Positions 23,249 to 31,930 of a stretch of DNA of 64,000 nucleotides are shown here, in pieces. The stretch comes from Blepharisma stoltei ATCC 30299 (Eukaryota > Protista > Ciliophora): assembly GCA_965603825.1 (NCBI GenBank), contig CBFDEM010000002.1, forward strand, positions 248,001 to 312,000, read 5' to 3'. The translations under genes and the position numbers were made by a program. A model generated the notes under the pieces. The model was not told the DNA's origin. It made no database searches and saw only the letters and a program-made list of their open reading frames with translations. Within the stretch, counting starts at the first letter, position 1. Each line of letters starts with the position of its first letter.

Positions 23249-24334
23249 ATGGAAACATTAGAAAAAGAAGACATAACAAACTACGCCTCACAAGGAAATC
23301 GAGCCAAAATCATTGGCTGCTCCTCATCAAGAAGCTCATGCAATGTCTCAAATATTTTGACAAATAAGCCTCGTAGATTATGAGTTTCAGCTGAAGGCCT
23401 TCCCCAAGAATTTACACTTGATCTTTCACAGCTTGATTCATACCCCAGTCAATACACTTGTTTTGGCTGATATTGCTGGCATTCTTATACCTCCAACCCA
23501 TCTGTGGTTGACTTATATGTATCAAAAGACAATCAAACTTTTAAAAAATGAACAACGCTCTCTGCGAAGTTATCTTCATCCCCGCAGTATTTCAGTATCG
23601 ACCCAATACAGCCTTCTTACAAATATATAAAAGTTGTAGTCAAAGAGACATTTGGGGCTTCAAATACTTATATAAACCAAGTATTTCTGTTTGATAGAAT
23701 CCCACATGTGCAGCAGGAGGTTTCAATGAGCTATAACTTTAATATTTCTGATCCTTATGATTCGTCGTATTTTGAAGAAATTCAGCCGCAGGAGCCTGAT
23801 TATAAAATAAAATTGAAGGTGCAGCTGACTGAGCTGGACAGTCATATAAAGTCAATGAAGTCTTATCAAGAGTTTGAAGAAAGTATGGCTAAGCGGGCTC
23901 AAAATTTGAATCAGCCTGCTTTGAAACCGGAAGGTCATGCATATAAAAAGTCGCTAGAAGATTTAAAGTTTACATTGGCAGGGATTATAAATAAAGTCGA
24001 ACAGGTAGAAGATAAAGTGCAGCAAGATAACAGAAGCCAACTGCTTTCAACATACAGGAGCCATGCAATAAATGATTTTAGAAGCCCTAAAAGCGTTAAG
24101 TCAGTAAAAAAGCCAAATCTTTGTATAAATTCCCCACTTAGCTGTGCTGATTTAACTACTGTTCCTTCTACAGAGAGAAAGCCAAAGCTGCAAGATCAGC
24201 AATCAGAAGATAGAACAACTGAGCTTTTATCATTAATTCAAGAGAAAACAGAACTCAAAATAAGAAAAATACGAGAACTGCAAGCACAAAGGCTTAAAGT
24301 CGGACAAACAACCCCCCGCTATCATAATTATTAA
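23249..24334 (+). CDS. Galactose-binding/discoidin (IFT25- or F5/8-like) domain plus coiled coil, 361 aa
   Basis: N-terminal half missed by the ORF track because of 3 TGAs: AKIIGCSS..NVSNILTNKPRRLWVSAEGLPQEFTLDL...YKYIKVVVKETFG..TYINQVFLF; in frame with ORF 23708. Confidence 0.8.
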
Positions 24335-24460
24335 ATTAAATAAGCTGATAATGTTCTATACCAAACCCTTGGCAAACTATTATATTTTTATTATAGGAAT
24401 TATCATTATTCCTATTGGCGCTAGAATATTTTTTCATAATTCTTAATATTTGAATTCAAA

Positions 24461-26071
24461 ATGGAAAGACGAGAAAGTTCTCTATCTGTAAAATATATTT
24501 AGAATTATGAAATGATTTCCCCTCTTGGCAGAGGAGCTTACAGCTTGGTTTACAAAGTAAAAGATCGTCGAACAAACGAACACTTTGCTTTAAAAATCAT
24601 CGATAAAATGAAATTGAATCAGCAAAGGCTTTATAAGAGGCTACGAAATGAAGTTTCTCTGCAGTCTCAGCTTAATCATCCTTGTATAGTTAGGCTCTAT
24701 GATTATTTTGAAGACCAAGAAAACGTTTATTTGCTGCTTGAATTATGCTCAGGAGGAGAACTATTCACCTATTTAAAAACAGAGGGGAAATTAAGCGAAT
24801 TAGAGACCCGCACTCTGATTTCTCAGCTCGTTGATGGGATTTCTTTTATGCACTCTCAAAATATTCTACATAGAGACCTAAAGCTTGGAAATCTCCTTCT
24901 TTCTGAAAATAAAACACAATTAAAAATAGGAGATTTCGGATTAGCTGTAAAATTAACAGATTTCGAAGAGGAGAGGAGCACATTGTGTGGGACCCCTAAT
25001 TACATATCGCCTGAAGTCGTTTCTCGAAAACCTTATGGATTGTCATCTGATTTGTGGTCTTTAGGATGTATTGTATATGCATGTCTTGTAGGATATCCAC
25101 CATTTGAAAGTCCTAGTGTTCAAGAAACAATGGTGAAGCTGAAAGATATGCAGTATGCCTTGCCTGAGTTTTTGTCAACTGAAGCAAAAGAACTAATTAA
25201 TTCACTGCTAGCTTGGGATCCTAAAGACCGAATAAATATTCAACAAGTAAAAAACCATCCATTTATTAAAGGCAATATTAAAAAAAGCATTTCAGATTAT
25301 GTAGGAAGAGGAATAAGCCCTATTCCTTATATCGAATCTGACTGTAGTTATTATGACTATATAGAAAACCTTAAATCTCCTCAGCCCCCACGATCTCAAT
25401 CAAGATTAGAAATATCAAGAAGGACAACTCGTGTATCACAAGGAAATTGCTGCACCCCGACATTAAGCAACTCAAGACGAACCCATTCTATAGGAAACAA
25501 AGAAAATTTGCCTCCAAGCCAAGAAATCAAAGAAAATGCAGAGGCAAAAATCACTCCGCTGAGCACAAAAAATCTCCCTCCAATTAAGCATAAATTAAAA
25601 AACGGGGAATTAGAAATCGGAGAAGATGGGTGGGTAAGGGTTTTTATTGGCAAAAGAAAACTAGAGATTTCTGGAGACGGGCTAACAATTTTGTATAATG
25701 GCCATATGCTTCGTTTAAAAAACATGAGACGGACCCCCGCAAAGTTATATCAGTTAGCTGTAAATTTTATTGAAATTGTAAAAACAAAAACACCAAAAAT
25801 TAAAATTCAAGAAAAAAATGCAGTATGCATGCTGATGAGGAATACTCCTTTTCCTAACTATGAAGTTGACTTTGACAATGGAGTTAGGGTCACTTTTCAG
25901 GTCGGATCAGAAAACTTTACAGTTTATCAATTAGACGGAAAAGAAATTTTGGTAAATCCCTATGAGGATTTAAATCACTTGAACAAAGACCTCAGTTCAA
26001 TTATTGAAATTAGCATGGAAGGGCTAAAAAACTGTCTGGCTAAAGAAAGAGAACTCTCTTCATCATTTTAA
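24461..26071 (+). CDS. PLK4: Polo-like kinase 4 (SAK)-like kinase, ~531 aa
   Basis: Polo-type kinase HRDLKLGN, GDFGLA, TLCGTPNYISPE; cryptic-polo-box-like PLSTKNLPPIKHK..LEI and FIEIVKTKTPKI; intron 24488-24502. Confidence 0.85.
24488..24502 (+). other. 15-nt intron
   Basis: GTAAAATATATTTAG; removes an in-frame TAG and links ATG 24461 to the kinase domain. Confidence 0.88.
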
Positions 26072-26198
26072 TCAAAATTAATTTAATTTGAATTTTTTTA
26101 AATTCTGATGTCAATAAATGTCTATTGAAAAATGGTGTACACCAGAATTAATATGCATTAATCAAGATTGGAAATTCAATGATTGATTAAATTAAGGT

Positions 26199-27095
26199 TT
26201 ATAGCACAGAAAATAAGTCTTTCCCCAAAAGTTGCTCAGCAAAGGTATGATCTTTATCTTTCCTTGCTCTTTCTAAGGGGCTGGCTAGAGGCGTATTTTC
26301 TGCAGACTTTTTATTATTAATGCCTGTGTCAGGGCGCTTATGGTAAGGATGGATAACCGGAGCTGCAATTTCTCCAGTCACAGATAGCCAATCAATTCTA
26401 TATCTTTCCCACCTATGGAAGCTTTCAAGCGTCTTTCTGGCAGCGGAATGGCTAGCAAAGTCAATAATTGCGAATTTAACCTTGGAATGGTCCGTTTTTA
26501 TTTTAATACTAAGTATCCGTCTAGGGTTTTTAAACAATTTTTTTACTGTTGCTTCGTTATCATGGCTGTTTAAAGGTGAAAGTCTCAATGATTGATTCAA
26601 ACAGTTCCCACTCGGAATTATTTGCCGATTGAGATTTTCATACAAATTCTTGAATTTTGCTTGGTCTGTGAACACATGGGAGTATTTCATTAGTAATTCG
26701 CACGCTTCTTTAGTTCTTTTTTCTTGGTGTAGGATGCTTGCTAGGTCTTTGATTGCACTTTCTGTTCTATGGCCCGTATCAATTGCTTTCTGATAGAGCT
26801 CTTTAGCTTTATTGAGGTCTTTGTCAACATACTCAACTCTTTTAGCGAGTGCATATGGAGAATCCCCTTTCGGAATGGGTAAAGTGTCGCCATCAGAGTC
26901 CGATTTAGTAGCTGGTGACTGAAGAGGACTGATCTTAGTGATCAATGAGTCTTGCTTTCTATAGCTGGGCATTGTAGCTATATCTCTAAATTTGATCCCA
27001 TGGAGCTCAATATAATAGTCGGGTTCCCAGACGACGTCTTTTTGAACTGCCTTAGGTTTAAATAAGGAATCAATTTCTTGGTCTGTCAGATTCAT
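26199..27095 (-). CDS. TPR protein resembling plant POLLENLESS3/MS5/TDM1, with C-terminal RRM-like domain
   Basis: GDSPYALAKRVEYVDKD..KA..LY..AI..G.RTESAIKDLA; then SLRLSPL...VKKLF...KFAIIDFASHSAARK. Confidence 0.72.
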   Translation of the reverse strand: MNLTDQEIDSLFKPKAVQKDVVWEPDYYIELHGIKFRDIATMPSYRKQDSLITKISPLQSPATKSDSDGDTLPIPKGDSPYALAKRVEYVDKDLNKAKELYQKAIDTGHRTESAIKDLASILHQEKRTKEACELLMKYSHVFTDQAKFKNLYENLNRQIIPSGNCLNQSLRLSPLNSHDNEATVKKLFKNPRRILSIKIKTDHSKVKFAIIDFASHSAARKTLESFHRWERYRIDWLSVTGEIAAPVIHPYHKRPDTGINNKKSAENTPLASPLERARKDKDHTFAEQLLGKDLFSVL

Positions 27096-27610
27096 TGTTT
27101 TATATTTTATATTAAAATGGTTGAAAATTAATATGAATTAACATCTGACATAATCTGATTTATTTATATATATATCTAATTAATTAAATTAATGAATGGT
27201 CTTGTGCTGCGATCAGAAATGAAAATTGTTTGGCAGGTAAATTGCTTATCCGAATAGATGCTTATAAATATTTTAAGTGAGGCTTGTAGGTTTTCGTTGA
27301 ATGAATTCTTATTTATTCCTTAAAATGGTTATTCTGTTAAGCAAGTTTGTAAGTAATTAGTGAAGTTTAAGATTTTGGAGTTAATTACTTATTTATTCTG
27401 ATCACACAATTAAATAATTTTCCGAAAATATTATTTAGTCGATGATTTTGCTGCTCTTAAAAATGTGGGTAAATGTAATCTATTCCATTCAAAAAATAAT
27501 CGATAATTTTTCTAATTCATACTTATCAAACCAAAAAAGTGATGAACTTCATTTAATGAAGTATCTTTAGCTCATGCTGGTCTATAGGTGCATTTGGAAA
27601 ATCTTTAATT

Positions 27611-27712
27611 GATTTAACCCAGCTAATAACAGATTGATTAATTAAAAGCCCTTAAGGGCTGCAACGATGCATGCAGCATCATTATAAGTAATGGAATGGA
27701 TTTAACCCAGCT
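27611..27712. repeat. 14-bp direct repeat pair flanking a perfect 14-bp palindrome
   Basis: GATTTAACCCAGCT at 27611-27624 and 27699-27712; AGCCCTTAAGGGCT at 27647-27660. Confidence 0.8.
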
Positions 27713-28089
27713 GCTTGGCAATCTGATTTGATGAAACCTATTAAAGATACCTCTGCATGTTCTATAGCCCATGGCTAGTAGAAATCCTGCCTGAGCAATA
27801 TCATTGAGTTATTATTTATAATCTATCTCTCTCTATCTCATTTGAACAAATTATATTTAAATAAAATAATATGCATCGGCTTTCTTTATAGCTCCTAAAT
27901 TTGTGCAAGCATCTGATATTATCTGGTATTCTTGTGAATAGACGCTATCTCTCAATTTATAAAAATAAACATCATTAATATAAGTATTAATCGAAATAAC
28001 TTCCAATTCTAATTGCGATTAGCTATTTTTTAATATCCATAAATGTATATTCAAAAAAATAAAGCCAAAGAAAGAGCCTATTTAATAAT

Positions 28090-28878
28090 ATGGAAAACGT
28101 ATTCAATAGCCTAAATCTCCTTGGTGAAATATTCTCATACCTAGACTTAAAAGATATTGCCCACTTCCGAGCAACAGCTAAAAAGTGGCGAAAACTCGCT
28201 GAAAGAGCACAGCTTTGGAAGCCTATTTTGCATCGTTCATTCCCTCAGGTAAGGATTCTTGAAGATCTTCAGTGGAAAGCTGTAGAAGAAGTCTTTACTT
28301 CACTAAAAGATGTAAGGAATGCTTCTTTTGAACCAAAAAATTCTTATACAGTCGGAGTGCTTGGCTGTTTAGGAGAACTGATTCATCATAACGATTCAAG
28401 ACTAAATGGTCTTGAAAAAGCTGGACTTCTTGGTGCATTTTCATGTTATATGGTAGGCCAGATTATGATATCCATTTGCATGCTTAGTATTCCTTCAGTC
28501 AGTAAAATAGAATTCCTTCTTGGAGCTGTTCATTGTTGGCTTATTCAAGTTGATGGCAAAAAACAGCACTGGGAGAATGACTTAAATCAATATTTAGAAG
28601 GCTTAAACCAATACGGGATTAGACATGGAGTAGTTTTAGTTAATTCTGTAGAAATCAATGAATCGGAAATATTACAAAGGTGTGGTCAGCAAGGATATAA
28701 AGTAATAACTTTGAGAACACTTAACGAAGATGCTGTAGATATGATTACACGTGAAGTGCTCTCTGTATCGAGAGAGCATGGCGAAACCGCTAGAATGAAA
28801 TTTGAGAAGTCTCTCGAAGAAAAGCAGTTCCCTGATCAAGCAAACTCAAATAAAAAGAAAAAATGCTTAATTTACTAA
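28090..28878 (+). CDS. F-box protein with polybasic CaaX-like C-terminus
   Basis: LLGEIFSYLDLKDIAHFRATAKKWRKLA..QLWK; ends KKKKCLIY-stop. Confidence 0.8.
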   Translation: MENVFNSLNLLGEIFSYLDLKDIAHFRATAKKWRKLAERAQLWKPILHRSFPQVRILEDLQWKAVEEVFTSLKDVRNASFEPKNSYTVGVLGCLGELIHHNDSRLNGLEKAGLLGAFSCYMVGQIMISICMLSIPSVSKIEFLLGAVHCWLIQVDGKKQHWENDLNQYLEGLNQYGIRHGVVLVNSVEINESEILQRCGQQGYKVITLRTLNEDAVDMITREVLSVSREHGETARMKFEKSLEEKQFPDQANSNKKKKCLIY

Positions 28879-29292
28879 TCCACGATTAAAATAATTTTGA
28901 GAATATTTATATTTTATTAGTTTGTTTTAGTTGTGCATAATTTGTATTTAATTTAGGAAGACTTCTAAATGGAGATTTTTATAGCTAGAGCGCTTAATTA
29001 ATCTACAAATAATTATTTGATGAGTTATTTCTGAGATCTCATAAAAAGTAAATACTTTTTCGCAATAAATAGAAGCATTTATAAGCTACTACCCTATTTA
29101 GTATATGAAAATCGAATTATGGCTACCAGTAGGAGTGTTTCTATTAGTCGTTAAAATTGTAAAAAAGTATATATATAAAGCGAATCATATAAAATTTTGA
29201 CCTATGCATCAATTATCACTTATTTTAAATATAGGAAGGCAATATTAATACCTTAAATGCACATTCACTGATTACAAACATTATTATATAAT

Positions 29293-30579
29293 TTAAAATA
29301 TATTTCCATCTCGAATCTTCATTAAGGTCTCACCTAATCGATTTTTTCCTAATCCATTGAAGCCAATTCCCCAATATTTTTCATTTGAATCGCAGAACAT
29401 AAGTTCTCGCCCAGAAGTTGACATCAGTAGCTGGTATAATCTTGGATGCTGCTTAAATTTCTCTTCACATACTTTTTCTATTATTTCGTCCTTAGCATCT
29501 TCCCATTTGCTTGAGTTTTTCTGTGCATTTATATACTCTTTGGTGCTTTCCCACCTTCTATCATTAATCATCACAGGAATTGGTGCAGATAATGAAAATT
29601 CATAAAAATCGCTTAAATCATCTTTAAATATTATCGCTTCTGTTTCTGTATGGCTCAGCGTAGTCGTAAAAGTTTTATTTTGGCACTTATAGCAGATCTT
29701 CCAAAGATCATACTCTTTTTTTGAATGAATATCTGGACAATTTACTGCATACCCGCAATCAGAGCAAATTTTTATTTTCCTCGGAGTTATGTTTTCATTT
29801 TCTTCATCTATTCTCGAAAAACCTACCAAATTCAACGCCACTGATCCTGTATTTTTAAAAGGATCAATATCAGTCACCGACGGAGCCTTAAGCAATATTT
29901 TTGTATTTTTAAATAACGAATCATGCTCTTCATGCTCACTTGAACACTTCACACACAAATCAACTCCGCACCTATTACAATATGTAACTGCGAAAAAATT
30001 TGCATGCTTAAAACAATGTGCATGCTTTGCGACTTTTTTAATTCTTTCTCCATATACCCCTGACTTTAGTTCATTTTCTGTGTTTTTGATATCTTTGTGG
30101 ATAAGTAGCTCTGAGTTAAAGTCAGCAGTATCCACACGAATGAGTTTTCTATTTCTCAATGGAGTTACGTCTTTGAGAATCAGGTCTTTTCTGCTGGATT
30201 CTCTGATTTTAGAAGGAGTGATAAAGGCAAGCTGTCGCCTTATGGTTACAGGAGTTTTGGAGCGCGATGTTAGACTTGGAGGATTAGAGAGAGTAGGAAG
30301 GTTAGGAGTTTGGATCAGATTTTGAGAATATTGGCCGAAACTTATTTCTGGGTCATTGTTGATGTCTGTTTCTTGAGTTTTTGAAATACTTAACTGTCTT
30401 TTGGTATAACGCACAGGTGACGAACTTTTAAGTTTGGGCAATGAACTCTCTTTTTTCTCTTTCATTTGTAAAGCTTCTGTATAGGGCATACATGGAACAA
30501 AATTCAAGCATTTATGCTTGTTTCCTTTTATATGGAGCTGCTTGCATTGAGAGCATCTTATGAATACATCTTCTGGCAT
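29293..30579 (-). CDS. Zn-finger/B-box protein with C-terminal NADAR (YbiA-like) domain
   Basis: CSQC..H..HKC; CFKH..YCNRCGVDLCVKC..EHEEH; CSDC...CYKC; WESTKEYINAQK, KFKQHPRL...LMST, YWGIG..GLGKNRLGETLMKIR. Confidence 0.85.
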   Translation of the reverse strand: MPEDVFIRCSQCKQLHIKGNKHKCLNFVPCMPYTEALQMKEKKESSLPKLKSSSPVRYTKRQLSISKTQETDINNDPEISFGQYSQNLIQTPNLPTLSNPPSLTSRSKTPVTIRRQLAFITPSKIRESSRKDLILKDVTPLRNRKLIRVDTADFNSELLIHKDIKNTENELKSGVYGERIKKVAKHAHCFKHANFFAVTYCNRCGVDLCVKCSSEHEEHDSLFKNTKILLKAPSVTDIDPFKNTGSVALNLVGFSRIDEENENITPRKIKICSDCGYAVNCPDIHSKKEYDLWKICYKCQNKTFTTTLSHTETEAIIFKDDLSDFYEFSLSAPIPVMINDRRWESTKEYINAQKNSSKWEDAKDEIIEKVCEEKFKQHPRLYQLLMSTSGRELMFCDSNEKYWGIGFNGLGKNRLGETLMKIRDGNIF

Positions 30580-30636
30580 TTTTTACCTAACAGTAAATCT
30601 TTAATTTATTTAATATTTGATATTACATTATCTTAA

Positions 30637-31881
30637 TTAAGGAGAAAATTCAGTGATCAAATTTTGGCTTTTCATTGTTTTCATAGTTATATAAGTTGTG
30701 AAATCTTCCTGTTCTTCATTACATACAAATGAGAAATTTGGTAAAATAGACCCAAAAAAATTCTTAAATGAAAAAGTAGACGAATTTTGATCTTCCTCAT
30801 GGAATTTGACTGGAGAAAGGCTCTTATTTCTTGGCTTTGAGTTATATATAATGCAAGCTGATTCTATGACGTCACGAGAATTTTCGATTTTAAAATCGCA
30901 AGTAAGAGCTTTTAACAATTCTACATCAGAGACCTTTAAAACTAAATAAAAATTACGATTTTCACTTTCAACATCAAGCATGACTGCACATATATAATTA
31001 ACAAGCTCAAGATCAGGCATATCAATATTATGGATTCCAAAAATAGCATCCCATATCATTACTGTATCAAAAATGGAAAATTCTCTGCTAAATAGGCATC
31101 TAAGCCATCTTACTAGAATTATTTGTGGCTCAAATTCGTGATTCAATATATGGGAATGCAATTTCGGTTCTATTTTCTGTAGAATTCTGTGAAATATATA
31201 GTGACTTTTTCTTATCAGTTCTGGGACATCTTCAAATTTAGATTTATCTAGCCTGGGAATATCATTTAATGAGTTTTCTAAAATGGGCTCTTCAACAGTC
31301 TTATAAAGCTGGCCAACCCCTAGGCTCATAATTTTATCAAAAATTCAATAGGTGTCTGCTTCAAGATGTTCCCAGCTGCTCAGCCCATCAATAGTTTCTT
31401 CTTCTTCCAGCCCAACCATCAAAATAACAGCAATAATTTCATTATAGCCTTGCTGGTAGCCAATTTCATGTAGCGAGCTTCACACAAATAATATATCTTC
31501 TAATATTCTTTTAACATGATCCCTCCTGAAAATTTCATTTTCAGGCATTGTTCTGTCGACATCCAGCTTTATTTTGTTTCTTATATCACTATTCTTGAAA
31601 TGGCACATTCATGGATTCTACTTAGCCTTTACTTTATGATAAGTCGACAAAGGATTATGCAAATTTAAATCTTCGCCGCTCTGCAGAACTGAAGGACTCA
31701 GCTCTGTTTTTAATTTGTAATATTCTTCTCTCATTTTTCATGATTGTGTAACTCATTCATCAATAGTTCCAGACAGTAATCCAAGTAAGACTCTTCAGGT
31801 TACTATTCTGTTCCTCAAATTTCCAGAAATAGCGATCTTTTTTAATTCCTCTAAAGAAATCTGTGCATACCAGCAATCCAT
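30637..31881 (-). CDS. Rab-GAP TBC-domain protein (TBC1D5-like), ~404 aa
   Basis: R..TWRVLLG, HNPLS..NPW, IKLDVDRT, GYQQGYNEI, EADTYW, RWLRCLFSREF, IWDAIF; 6 TGA=Trp and two 15-nt introns. Confidence 0.88.
30942..30956 (-). other. Probable 15-nt intron, in frame and stop-less
   Basis: GTAATTTTTATTTAG on the minus strand, matching the consensus of the other introns. Confidence 0.7.
31618..31632 (-). other. 15-nt intron
   Basis: GTAAAGGCTAAGTAG; removes an in-frame TAG. Confidence 0.88.
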
Positions 31882-31930
31882 TTTTAAATTTTCAATTAAT
31901 TTCACTTACTTATTGTATCAATTTATTGAA

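Noticed and set aside
24415-24421. E2F-like TTGGCGC upstream of PLK4 (also near 41578)
   Set aside because: A 7-mer with no independent support.
17868-27257. Exact 12-mer TTATCCGAATAG at 17868 and 27246, both upstream of minus-strand genes
   Set aside because: Many chance 12-mer repeats are expected in 64 kb, and the distances to the ATGs differ.
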